Shown piece by piece: positions 40,052-52,372 of a DNA stretch of 55,751 nucleotides. The stretch is from Toensbergia leucococca. Its lineage: Eukaryota. Position 1 is the stretch's first letter, and every line of letters begins with the position of its first letter. The notes beneath the pieces are model-generated. The model saw nothing but the letters and a program-made list of their open reading frames with translations. It searched no databases and was not told the origin of the DNA. Location: the NCBI GenBank assembly GCA_022813965.1, contig JALDZS010000066.1:62001-117751 (forward strand), read 5' to 3'. Position numbers and translations under genes: made by a program.

Positions 40052-40728
40052 GGTAACGAGTGTTTGAAAAGAGATGTAAAGAATGCATAGCCGTCAAAGA
40101 CAATCCAAACATGATGAAATTACCCATCAGGCATCTGTCGGCTCGGAACATGGCAGGTACAAAGTCCTCCGTTGAAGCGTGACGTCTCCTCACCTCTGGT
40201 GATGGATTTGCACCGGACAAGCCTGGCTGGTAGCACTCCGACACTGGTCGGCCGGCGGAGAAGATTAGCCTTTTCAAGGACCGATCGAACGGGCATTCCA
40301 GGCAAGCGGCGCACATGACCCTGCAGTATGGAGGTACTCGAGCTTCTCCATCCGTGCCTTCCACTTCGGATCTCATCCTGCGATGCGATGTTGGCTATGG
40401 ATGGTGATGGCTACACCCTACACCTACCTGTTGTGCTCATGCTAACCGAGCTAGTACATCAACGCGTCAATTTGGCGATAAGAGATACGCAAGAATCCCT
40501 GCTCATTTCATGCATGCCGGAAAGTCTGATGTGACGTTGATGCAACTACTCATAAATCAGCAAGTATTGAAAGGCTGTTCGTGTCGACATGCCCTCTAGC
40601 ATGTCCATTGGTGCTTGTTTTATCTTCCATCCTTTGATTGTCCAGCTATGTAGCTACATTGCAAATACCTCTGTGCCTAAATTGCTTCAATGTGTATTCG
40701 CCTTCAACGTCTATTTTTCCTCCGCTTA

Positions 40729-42835
40729 TTACGCATTATAGCTCTTGGAAAGCGCCAGCAACTTTTGGAAATTGGGGGTGCCATAGCCAGTGACTGGATC
40801 CCACCCTACAGTCGCGTTCCATCCGGCATAGGGGACGAAAGGCGTAGGTAGTCCGCTGTAAATGTCTGTGCCTGTACATCCTTTGGATCCCCCCGTCGTA
40901 ATATCATTCAGCGCCTTGTAACCACCACCGTAAATGAACGGATTTAGGAAACCCAGAGGCCGTTGTCCCGCTGACAATCTCGCGCTGTTGAGCAGCGAGA
41001 CGATCGCAGCAAATGTTGGCGACGCAGCACTATACAAGATTTTAGCCACGGCTAAGAGCACGCAGTTGCGGAAATCCATACCTTGTTCCACCAACACGGA
41101 TCTCTTCACCGTGATCTATGACACTGAAATTGTATGCCTGGGCAGCAACATCCGGGAACCCTCGACCATTGGGATTATACAAGCCCTCCCATCTATCCCC
41201 AAGTATAGCGAGAAACTCCGTCACCGCCGTGTCCTGATAAGCTGGCCTCTTGTACCTGTCTGAGAAGCCCCCCGACGAGAAACCCACGGCTCTTTCTGGC
41301 TCGATATGATAAGTGCCACCGACCGAGGTAAGGAACGGGCATGCTGCAGGGAAAATGGGTAAGAATCTGGTTGTATTTTTGCCGTCATTAGTCTGGCAAG
41401 CGCTGCCAGGACCCGTGTCACCACTTGAGAAAAGCACTGAAACCCCACGCGCGCCCAGTTGGGCGAACATGTGACATGTGCGATTCGTATCTACATTTGC
41501 CAATAGTCAGACTAATGGCTGAGTGGACAGCGCCATTGAATAACTTACAAGCTTCAGGTACACTCTGTTCGTCTTCGCCATAAGATGTAGTCAAAGTGGT
41601 TGGAAGTTTGTAGTCTGGTAGACTCATGATATAACTCAAAAAGTCGAGATATGGCTCGTTCTGGTCGTCAGAAGGATCAGGCTGGTCCAAGTCCGGTACC
41701 AGCTCGCCCAAACCTCCAGTGCTATAATAAAAGCTAGGAGTTGGGTATGAGAGCGAAAGAGCATACTGAACATCCAAATTTGCTTCAATGTCATCGTCGA
41801 CAGTGTCGTTCTGAGTAAGAAGGCCATTGTTGATCAACACAGCAGTAAAATTGTCTCCCACTGCACAAGAGAATCCATTAGCCACGAGGAGAATTACATT
41901 TGGTGAGTTGAGTACAAACCAGCATACGGCGCGTACTCCTTCAAAAACTGGGCCAGATCGGCATATCTGCGATTGATTAGGAAGACATGAGGAAAATTTA
42001 GAGCAATATGTTACTTAGGATATTCCTTGAGGTACCCACAAATGCCGAGCTTGTTCCCTATAGACCATCAGTAAGGCTCACATGTGTTGTATCATGCGTG
42101 GATAGCAAGATACATACCATTGTGAGCACTGGGCTTAAAGTCGCCAACGTTATACAATTCTTTAAGACACTGAGGAGTGATAGTGGTATTACAGAATGTC
42201 ACATTGAGGCCTTTACTACCGTCATAATACGAACTTCTTGACGGGCCAACCTTGAAAGAGTCAATTACTTGGGAACGTTCGCCATGCATCTGACCAAAAC
42301 GAGTTGTAGGTTGAATCATCTGAATGTACTGATGCAGCTTGGTTGGGACCGAGTAGTGCAAGGTACGTATTCTCTCAACGCCACTGGTTACGCTTTCGTA
42401 GTAGTGAAACCTCGTATCTAGAATTCGCTCTGCCTCCATGGTAGGGACCCAGAAGTTGATCCAGTCACCAGCGTCTTGGATGTCGTCAGCCGGTACGCCT
42501 TCGGCATTGAGCCAGCCTACGATAGCCTCGGTAGCATCGGTGCTTGGGCGCAGCATAGTCCTAAGCTCTTCGCGACTCATATGTTGTCCATATTTAGGAT
42601 GACGGGGCGTACTAATTGCGATAACGTGCTGTTCAAAGTCATAGGCGTTGTGCAAGGCCACGGCGATGCGGAATCGTAGACGCTTCGAGGCTGGCGGGGC
42701 ATAACCTTGGTGCCATCCTTCCGGAATAGCGGGTAAGCTCTCGAGAACAGCAAGCTCGGTGGAGGGTGCGGCCTGAACACCGATTATGGCTGCAATGATC
42801 GATACCAAAGCAACGAAATAAGTGAAAGACAGCAT
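40729..42835 (-). CDS. Secreted tripeptidyl-peptidase / sedolisin, family S53, multi-exon
   Basis: Signal peptide [12 protein letters not shown] and pro-domain ([14 protein letters not shown]). Catalytic EANLD, SYGEDEQ, oxyanion [17 protein letters not shown] reconstituted across an intron (AG|T GCT GCG TCG), and Ca-site [11 protein letters not shown]. Confidence 0.94.
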
Positions 42836-44393
42836 TGTGACGTGTGGAATGAATGTCAACGAGGGGGCAAAGATGACGGAAGAATGAACGTCGACGCGAG
42901 AGAATTCTTATGTAGAGGCTCTGTTCACAGTCTCTTGGAATTCACTACATGCATAGAGGCATGTGGATCAGGTGAGAATGTGGGCAGCAAATACACGATT
43001 TGAACAAAAATTGAACTGCAAAACGTCATGCAGGCTTGCATATATACAGGCATAGGTAGATAGGCTCATGTGAAGTGGGCCCCCCCATTTCATCTGTACT
43101 ACGTAGTAGACATGGCGAGCTTCCTGTTGCAGTCGGTCTCCACTGCGTCAACACCATCTTGAGGAGAGCTGCCGACCTAGGCCTGGCCCAATGCAGTCAA
43201 TTGAAGCGTTGCATCCAATCGGTGAGAGCTTGGATGGTGAATGGATTGTCCCTGCATTGTTCTGTCTCTCTAGTCGCTTTGATCGATAAGACTCTCTCAA
43301 CAAAGCGACGTTGATAAGGTACCATGACAAGGATTGTTACCAAAACTAAGGTACGGAGTACATCCCCTCGATTGCTTTTTTCGGAGCCTCGCTACCAAAC
43401 TAAGCTTGTTTACGCGACGTGGCGACGTGCCGGTCTTTTAATTTGCGGAATATCACCTCGAAACTTACCTCAATCTTGGGAATGAAACCAAGCATCTGCT
43501 CAATTATTTGTGCCGGGAGGACCGCCTTCTGATTCTAATAATCACAACTATGATCAGTGGGTCAACTGCCTCTTGACTATCTCTATTATGAAAATATCAC
43601 TCACCTCACGTTTCAAGGATCACAAACAAGACCAGGAAGATGATTCTGCTTCTCAGGGATAAGCATATGTCTACTTATTCTGAGTGCAAAATTTGTTTGT
43701 AACGATCAGGAATCCTGTGCAAACCCATCTATCTATTTCTGTCTGCGTGTCATTCTGATCAAGTGATGGCTCCTTTTCGTTTCCCATCTATCTAAGCTAC
43801 AACATGAATTTTGGGTCTTATACAATTCATTCAGTGACATTGTGATGCCTTTAAAAGCTATTAAGATGTTTCACAGCAGAACAGCAGAGACATTGGTCAT
43901 CAGAAGAATTTTACTAGCAAATTGAAGCTTTGCATGTTCGCCACGCAAGTATTCTAATCTTTCCTCAGCTCGCACCATCTTCTGAATAAATTGAATGCCA
44001 AACCTGCAATTATTAGCAAGCATTTCTAGAATCCGTCTGTTGCTATTCAACTTCTTAAATCCTCATCTAAAATGAACGGTGAAGAGAAGGCTATTTAAAT
44101 ACTTCCCATTCCACTGCATTGTGAAGTTGACGCAAAACTAATAGCCATTTATCATAGAGATAGAGTCTACCTTAGCTAGAGGTACACCAGCTCTGCATCG
44201 CCTGCTCGGTTGGGGTAAAACAAATTACTTTAGACGTCCACTTGCTTTCACGGACTGTTGTCCAGAACTCATCATCCGAGATTACCTGAATATGAGTATA
44301 TCAGAAGACATAATAACAGCAAAATTGATTGAAGGAATTAAGACACTTTCTCGGGTACTGTACTTTTTTGCCAAGAGAACGAAAGTTAAGACG

Positions 44394-44420
44394 ACGTCAT
44401 GGATGAGATAAGTACGTCAT
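44394..44420 (-). promoter_or_regulatory. Two CRE/M26-type ATGACGT sites, 20 bp apart
   Basis: ACGTCAT at 44394-44400 and 44414-44420, about 120 bp upstream of ATG 44538. Confidence 0.5.
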
Positions 44421-44537
44421 GTCACGACATCAATCAATTCTGATTGCTTCAGCATACCCGTACAATTAGAAGAAGCATCATTCCTACCCTCCCGAACCAC
44501 ACAAAGAATCCTCATCTCCATTATTTCTCTACCAATC

Positions 44538-45050
44538 ATGTCTGCTGAATATGAAGGTCAAGATCCCCTTGTCATCGCCCAGCAAGCAGAACGCGATCTC
44601 AATTCCCACCAAGCCAAACATGGTGTAAAGGAGAGTCTTTCCAGTAAGCCCATTTCCTTCCTAATCAATGTTTCTCCTCACCGACCCAACCTTCAGCCAG
44701 CGAATCCGGTGTCGACGAGTCCGTAACCACCAAGTTCCCAGGCAGCACCATCAAAGTCGGCTCAGCGGCTTCAGGCGCTGGTGACAATCGCGAGATCCCT
44801 GTCGACGAAGGTGGAGACTTGATCTCCAAGCCTGGTGAGAAAGTTGGGCAGTGAGTTGGTCCCTTGTGCTCGATCAATTGATGAATCCTCGTGGTCGGGG
44901 CGAGTAGCGGAAAGGTAGGGCTGATGTTCCTCGACTTTTAGCCCGACGAAAGCACGAGACTTTGAGGGCGAGGGTGGGCCGGAGACAAAGCAACAACTTT
45001 ACGAAGAGGCCAACCCGGGAAATGATGATGTGCAGGGGAATGTGCGATAG
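44538..45050 (+). CDS. Small hydrophilic Gly/charged-rich protein (~122 aa, hydrophilin-like), 3 exons
   Basis: Introns 44644-44696 and ~44851-44941 give MSAEYEGQDPLVIAQQAERDLNSHQAKHG...TSESGVDESVTTKFPGSTIKVGSAASGAGDNREIPVDEGG...KARDFEGEGGPETKQQLYEEANPGNDDVQGNVR*. No Cys or Trp. The ORF track shows only exon 1. Confidence 0.8.
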
Positions 45051-45835
45051 GAGACGAGGAGGCCATAAGCTTGCTGGGCTGAGGTAGTGACTTGACGACC
45101 AGGGAAATGACGTGCTTATCTACTACACCTAGAAGACGAAAATGCCGTTCAAGAATACTCCCTATAGACATGTGTAAGGTTTTAGGGACTTGAACGGAGG
45201 TACCTTAGACGAATGTGTTTGGCAAGGGTGTGCCCTTCGGAAGGTAGGGTTTACCCTCCGTTTACTATCTATGTCATGAACATACCGCGTATGGAGTCGA
45301 AAGCTTCCCTGCCTCGTTCCTTTTTTTATTCTATTCTCTCCACGTACCAAGATAATCGGTTCGTCTATTGTATTTCTTGGCGTTCTTCACTTTGGTCATG
45401 TTACATATCGTTTCCAAGTAGCTTCTTCGAACATCGTACAATTTGCTGCGTCTTATTCCACCCAATGGTAACAAATGCATTCATACCATGGCTTGTAACA
45501 CAGCATGTGCTTTTCTATCTTATACAAGGTACTAGGTTAGGTCAATCGTCGCAACGAGGCTGCTTTGTCATATAGCCTTCGTCGAAGACAGAGCAGTGGG
45601 CAAGACTAAAACACTAAGCCTTCGGGTATGATGAATCAAGATACATGAGTTTTGACATGTCTTCAACATTCAACACAATACACTCCTGATGACATGTCAT
45701 TGTGAGTTCACAGCATGAGCACTACTTACCTTACTCCCTTGATCGACTTCTGTTCTAAAACATCTCAGCCGTCAATCCTATCAGCAGTGTTCTACTAGAG
45801 ATTCTCAAGCACAAAAGTTAGATTTCTACCAAGAA

Positions 45836-46577
45836 ATGGGCCCTAGGAACCGTGAGGAACGCTATCTAGCATGCAAAGCTTTGAAGCATGGCGTTTCCGC
45901 AGACCGCGGAACACCCTACCCCTGTCGTCAAGAGGATCTTGACGACTTTTACAGCTTTGGAGTATCTTCCTTGGCATGGGCAAGTTCACTACGTGTCGCC
46001 TCGTAGGGTGGCTAGGGAACTACGGGCTTTCCACAAGGGACCTCGCTCACACTCTCAGGAAGTTGCCCTTCATCGTCTCCGTCAAGCGACGCGAATTCCG
46101 GATTTGGGCACGGATATTTTATTCAAGATGTTCAATGACATCGATCAGGTCTTCTTCAACGGGGGATTGAAAGGACATGTCTATCTGAGGTGGAAATCTG
46201 ATAGGGCTATGGCTAAAGATGGTGGCTTTGGAGGGGCTTACTCAGCACAAGACGCAAGCACAAACAAATGGACTATATGCCTGAATTCGAATTTCATGCT
46301 ACTAGAACGGTCAGGTGTTGATGCTTTCAAGCAGCTCATGGAGAGTGTATTGCACGAAGGCTGTGTAAGTGCCTGATTAATCTTCACTCACCATTTTTAT
46401 GCTGACTAAAGTAGCACGTATCTTAGTGTCCTGTACGGCCCTGGTCACGGCGACGAGCCAATAGTTGGAATTGATGGTACAACAGTGGACTCCCTTCATG
46501 GGACAGGTCACGGCGAGTGCTGGCTGACATGCATGGATGCTGTCAACAAAACCTCGCTACCATTTGTAAGGGTCTGA
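45836..46577 (+). pseudogene. SprT-like zinc metalloprotease domain gene, frameshifted
   Basis: FNDIDQVFFNGGL...LHEGC, intron 46365-46414, then H gives HExxH. The spliced frame stops at once (CAC GTA TCT TAG). The adjacent frame carries YLSVLY...GTGHGECW, the third zinc ligand. A second frameshift near 45920 is likely. Confidence 0.62.
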
Positions 46578-46744
46578 GATATTGGCATCGAGCAATGAGA
46601 CGGGTAGGGATGCCCCTTCAGGAACCAGAACAAAGTCTTCAGGTGGCTTTTGCTTGCGAATGTCCTTTCAAACCAACATGAGCATATGATCTGTTGTTTT
46701 GGATCTGGCCTAGGACATGATTCTTCCGAGCAGTCTCATAGATC

Positions 46745-47056
46745 GCGAAGTCCCTACACTTTTTTCTCACCCTTTGCGCTCATGCTCCGGAGTCCCTAGA
46801 CTTTTGATTACCCTACACGCTTTGCGATTCAATCTCCTATACTCTGATCTACCTTAAACTCTTTCCCGGTAAAAGACTCCATACTTTCAGTATTCTTACT
46901 CCTGGATTTCATATACCTTGCTGTACCCTACACGCTTCCTGATGGAAATGGCCGTAAACTTTTGCTCTCCCTGGAAGCTGTGTCCCCAATCTTCTTTTCA
47001 CCCTATGCACCTCGATGTCCGAAATCCCTACACTTCGAGATGCCCTAGACACTTTA
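46745..47056 (+). repeat. Degenerate ~42-bp tandem repeat array (CCCTACACTT...CCCTACACGCTT)
   Basis: Core motif recurs at 46752, 46794, 46835, 46877, 46909, 46952 and 47026. Confidence 0.6.
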
Positions 47057-48476
47057 GCACGTTTCGCGTGACAGATCAACCTCCTCTGACAGCAGCCAGC
47101 GTGCAAGCCCACTGGGAGCATGGAGTAAGGGAGCAAGGGGGCAGTGCAGGGGCACATAATGTGGGAGCTTCCTCGGTCCCGGCTTGGCCTGCTCTCGTTG
47201 ATTTTCCGCTGCCTAGACCTTGACAGGACCCTTTGACAGCTGAAGCGATCATGATCTCGTAGGCAGTCGTGTCCGCCACATCATTCAGGAAGACTCGTAG
47301 AACAATGCGGGAGATGCCTCATTATATTCAATGGGCACTGCGCCACCGTTTCCCGAGACCGTTTCCCTTCCAATCAAAAGGCTATCTCCATGTGGCACAC
47401 GACCATGCGAGATTTCTCGACACCGTCCGACTCGATTAGATACAGATACATCCACACATGCACGATGCAGGTGCGCCGCGCTTGGCCCATCCCTTGCACC
47501 ATCAATTGCTTTTTTGGGGCAGACGATTGCATTGAACACAGCACTGTAGTGAGTTATGCTAGCGGGTCAATTTCACACAAAGCTGAAAAATGGACTCCTG
47601 GAAGAGAATTTGCTCCTTGAAGACAAAGATTTTCTAGAAGGAGTCTGAGAGCAGAGAATGAAAGTGAGCGTCAATTTCATTGATGGTCTATGAGAATTGT
47701 GTGCTTTCAGAAGGGATTCAGACGAGCATCTCAAGTAGATGCTAGGTAACTCTGAGTTCCTCCTTAACCATGTTGTTTAATCTTCTCAGTACCTTTTTCA
47801 ACAGATGACTGCGGATGAGCTTTTACTAATCGCTGATACCTCATCTTAATACTGAACACGATATGAAGATATGAGACTGTGAGGGGAAGGGAACACAGTA
47901 TTCAGCCTTCTACTCTCAATCTCAAATCACTGCAGCCTACATCACTCATTTCCCCCACCACTTTCTGCAAAACCCCTGACTCCATCACCTCTATGTCCCC
48001 CCATTCTCCACGCCCGTCTTCATTAAAGCTTCTCCTTCCCTGAATAAGCTGCCAAATCTGCTCACAGAGGTCCTCGGCACAAACCTCAATTATTTTCAAG
48101 AAAAAGTAAGTACTAAAATATGCATAACAGTCCTCTTATCTCAGAATGAAAAGTGAATACAAATCAGACTAACTTAACATACCTAATCAACCTAATGACA
48201 GACTCAGCCCCTTTCCCTCAGAGTGAATAACCCGTCCTCAACACACTCACATCTCGAATTCACGTGCCTTCCTAAACCCTAAGAAGGCTAGGCGAGCCTC
48301 GAGTGAATCACCCTCAAAGTCCATGATGAAGCTTCACCAATCTCCTTAAATAGAGACCGTAGATTGCACTTTCTTTGCCTTTCCTTCCTCCCTCCCATAA
48401 CCAACACACTCACTAAAAAAAAAAAAAAAGCAAACTCAACACCAACAACCGCTTTCGTCCCTTGGTAGCCACAGCA

Positions 48477-49290
48477 ATGGCGCCAGCTCCCACAACCAAA
48501 GCCAACTCGGCCACTCCATCTACCCTTAGCCCGGCGCATCTGAGCCATCGGACCTTTTCGCGCCATCCCTGGACCGAAAAGGAGCTTAACTATCTCTGCT
48601 GCTTGCGTCTATTTACCAATCTATCGCACTCGGAAATCAGTGTGAAGATGCAAGAGGTGCTCGGTGTGCAGCTGAGCAAAGAGATACTGCGCTATCGTGA
48701 AAATGTACTGAAAGGGCACGCGCCGCCGTCGCAGGGTAAAAGGAGGAAGGTAGAGTTGGTGAAGGATGCTCGATGGTGAGTTGGTTTGTTTACGGCTTTG
48801 CATAATGTTGTTTGTGCGTTCATTCACCCCTTGTAACAAACGCCATTGCATCTTGTATTCATCCGTTCAATCATTCATGAACCATCGCTCTTTATCACGT
48901 GAACCCATAAATAATTCAGAATAACAATTGACAAAAGAAAAACAACTGACAAAAGATCCTAGGAAACATTTCGAAAACCTCAAAGTGGAATCACTAACAG
49001 TCCAAAGAATTCTGCGCGCCTGCCGCTATAATTATATGTGGAAGGAGCAGATGCAAGATGATCATCTGGTTGTCCTCTGCATGTACGGACAGATCAACGA
49101 TGACGCCGAGGTCGCCAATATCTTGAACCGCCGTTTCCCGCACGAGACCTGGACGGCAGACCAGGTCACCCGCAGATATAGTGAGATGGAAGAGACCAAG
49201 GCTGGTAGCTATGTTTGGTTCAAGCGTCTGGAGGAAAACCAAGACGATGATATAATACAGAACTTACTGAATGATTGTGGGCTGATTTGA
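48477..49290 (+). CDS. Hypothetical 208-aa protein with two Myb/SANT-like helix-turn-helix repeats
   Basis: Exons 48477-48775 and 48963-49290. Intron GTGAGT..CTGAC..CTAG splices in frame. Repeats HPWTEKELNYL..LSHSEISVKM and YMWKEQMQDDHL..DAEVANILNRRFP..WTADQVTRRY, with a basic KRRK between them. Confidence 0.68.
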
Positions 49291-50072
49291 ATTGGGCTGT
49301 GAGGCAGCGAGAGGACATGTTTGGTTTGTTGAGGGATGTTGGCTTGGTACGATGTTGTGTTTGTGAGGTCGGAAAAGCGTTTGACCTAGGAGGCTTGTTC
49401 TTGATAGAATGGGATAGTGGTTTTAAGTAGATGCTATCCCTTAGAAGAAACAAATTTGACGAATATGATTGAATCAATTTCTCATTGCAGCATGCTTGCA
49501 TAAAACCCTATGGGTCAACATTGCTTATGGTGATTACAGATCTAACACGAGCACAACAAGGTGTGCTCTGTCCTGGTACTTGAAGCACTAGGTTGTAACA
49601 ATGATAAAGAGGTTCAGGGGTGTATTGACATATGAGATATTTCAAATCATTAGGGAATGAGAAAGGCAGGACATGAATACGGAAACACTCCTAAAGGACA
49701 GGATTCAAGGGAGAATAATGGCCAGACAAGGTAGGTGATGGGATCTGCTCAGGTAAAGAAATGTCAGCCAAAGCAACAATGATGATCTCGAGTTTCCAAA
49801 ATAGGAACATTATACTCTAGAGGTCAATCATAGGTGCAAGACATGGAGGCCCTGCTCCTCTAGCTATGATGTACTCCTATCTTGTCTCAATATTGTACAA
49901 CAACCTTGTTTTTGAGCCACGTATTCATAGGCACGATTTAACAGGACCTTTGTAGCGGCTTCAACGATCAGTCAGTAAAAGTACATGGATAATTGCATTG
50001 GTACGAATGCATTTGCAACAGAGAATCTTAGAGACGCAGCTGCTGAGGGTCTGAGGTTTGACGAACGGTTCT

Positions 50073-51194
50073 CTAAATCTTAGAAGCTCTTAGTGATGCA
50101 TCTACGGGCTCTTTTTCTAGTGCTTCTCCAATGAATCGGATCGCTTCTTGGACCATATCGGAGCTCATCTCGTGGCCGACGCCTTCGAAGACTTTGTCTT
50201 CCAAGATCACTTCGCCATTGCCAAACCATCCTTCTCGAGCTGTCGCCGCCTTTAACCATCGAAGAAATGGTTCTCCACATCGGTACGGCACTAATTTGTC
50301 GGCACCTCCTGCTAGGTTCAGGATTCTTTTGCTTTGCAAAGAAGTCTTCATCAGTGGTATTAGCCACGTCTTCTCTTTTTCAGAGGGTATCTGGTTACGA
50401 GTATCCTCGTTGCCTGCGGAGAGTTGGCCACAGAGTAAGCCAGCAGGATCGTACTTCCCAATAGCCTCCATGAGACCAAGAGGGAAGTCCTTAGATCCAA
50501 GGAATTGCGATCCAGGAGGCGAAGTGCTCGTCCAAGACTGAAGCTTAGAGAGCTTGGCGCGGTCGCACATCAGACGAGTATAATCAGGACAACCTATAAC
50601 AAGCACTGCGGTGGTGATACGAGGATCGTGAAGTATACAATGCCAGGCGGCGTGACCACCCAGACTGATGCCACAGACCATGTTGGTCGTGATTATATGA
50701 TCAGAATCGGGAAACGCGTAAGAAGAGACATAATTAATCAAATGAGAGGTGTCGATAGATGTCCCATCTGGACGGAATCAGTATTGAAGTAAAGAGAAAG
50801 AAAGCCTTTCCTGACGGTATATTGAGAACATATCAGGAGCATGTTTAGGGTTGCCAGACCTCCAGGCTTCATTGGCTAATTTGTCAACCTCTCTCGAGCC
50901 ATGATTCCTTTGATCGAACGAAACAGCGATGAGGCCTACCAAACGATCTTTAGGTTCTCTCCTTTGCAAGCGTCGATTCCAGTCATTGATGGTTGAGGCA
51001 GCAATAGGTTCCATGCATGATTGATTTTGTAGTCGTGGGTGAAGCAGCCATAGGCAAGCCACGTTCTGGATATCTGAATTGAGTTCTTCGAGTCCGTATA
51101 CCGTAGTAAGAATGCCAGCTATCGAAAAGATTTGTTTTGATACGCCAGTTGGCCGCTGAGGATAGGTTTTCTCCATCGGATTAGGTGTTGCCAT
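50073..51194 (-). CDS. Alpha/beta-hydrolase fold protein, 2 exons
   Basis: LWLLHPRL, FDQRNHGSR, nucleophile GISLGGH, acid GGADKLVP, base GVGH. Intron 50815-50768 joins IYH-GTS. Confidence 0.9.
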
Positions 51195-52002
51195 CAGTAG
51201 TTGAAGAAGCTCGATCAAGGAAAGAGCTGAATGAGCTGAACAGGGTGAGGTGGTGAGGGTAAGGAGGGAGATTAGGTAGTCCCTCGAGTTGTTACTGTCA
51301 TAAATAGCGGGAGTGGCGGCACCTAATCAGAGTTTGGCGCCAGCCAGATTGGGTCAGGCATTCCATGACCCCGGTAGCTTGTCGCTCACTGTATATAAAC
51401 CACGGACCGCCGAAACACACCCGCTCACCTTTCTATTGCTCTTGCCTATTGCGGTGAGTTACTCCGACAAACCCATCGTAAAAGCTGGGCCAAGATGGCA
51501 GCGTAAAATGCCTAGGTACTTCAGTTATCTCAGACAATGGGAAATCCCTGCTTAGAAGCCTAGGTGTCGGGTTTTTTTGAGCATGATAAATCGCCCAGGC
51601 CGTTTCAAAGGACTGATCATCGAGTCAGGCGTTTCACAGGTGAATTATACTCCCCCTAGCAGGTCTCTTCCTCGAAGACTTTTCAGTTCTTTGAGGGTGG
51701 GTATTGGCCTCTGAAAGCTAAAGTGTACAAGACGGTTGGTAGCGTGGAATGTGTTGTGGTCCGTAGCAGCTGAAAATCAGGATGAGGACCTGTATAGTAG
51801 ACAGACTGAAATTTTGAGGTAGATTTTGTCATGGGTACACTGCGGTAAAGACGAGCTATCGCACGTCACAGGTAGCTTCGGCGGGGATGAGTAAAGACCT
51901 GTTGTCCTCTGCATTTCCTCAGATATTCTTTCCTTAGAAAACACTACGAGTATCACGAAAGCCTCTCTATAACAATCACGTGTCATACATTCAGTATCTC
52001 CA

Positions 52003-52091
52003 GCCTCTTTACAAGTGGCCTCTTTACAAGTGGCCTCTTTACAAGTGGCCTCTTTACAAGTGGCCTCTTTACAAGTGGCCTCTTTACAAGT
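52003..52091 (+). repeat. Perfect 15-bp minisatellite (GCCTCTTTACAAGTG) x ~6
   Basis: Five complete units plus 14/15 of a sixth, no mismatches and no spacers. Confidence 0.97.
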
Positions 52092-52372
52092 TATGTGTGT
52101 ATCTTATTTCCAAGAACTGATGTTGAATGAGATACTTCATATTGTCTACTAGGCGCCATTTTAGCCTGCATTATGAATCGGGAAGATAGTCCTCATAAAA
52201 CTCTTGAGGTGTGAAGATTTTGATGAGGCAGGTGAGTCTGACTTGCACATCGACTGATGACTTAAGGAGGGGAGCTATTGCGCTGGGGACTATTGGGTTT
52301 GAGGATTGCAGGGGCAAATACCGTTTTATTATCAATACCCATATACAAAACTCATGGGTAGATATTACGAAT

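Noticed and set aside
47076..48099. Short Cys-containing ORFs and a possible terminal exon at 47902-48099
   Set aside because: I could not assemble a coherent spliced gene or recognise any motif.
31619..51194. Possible biosynthetic cluster (GGT, peptidases, hydrolase, repeat peptide)
   Set aside because: No PKS, NRPS, terpene synthase, DUF3328/UstY oxidase or transporter, and the 42-bp repeat lacks a signal peptide and Kex2 KR sites.
52003..52091. Direct repeats resembling a CRISPR array
   Set aside because: Units are contiguous with no spacers, there are no cas genes, and the context is eukaryotic.
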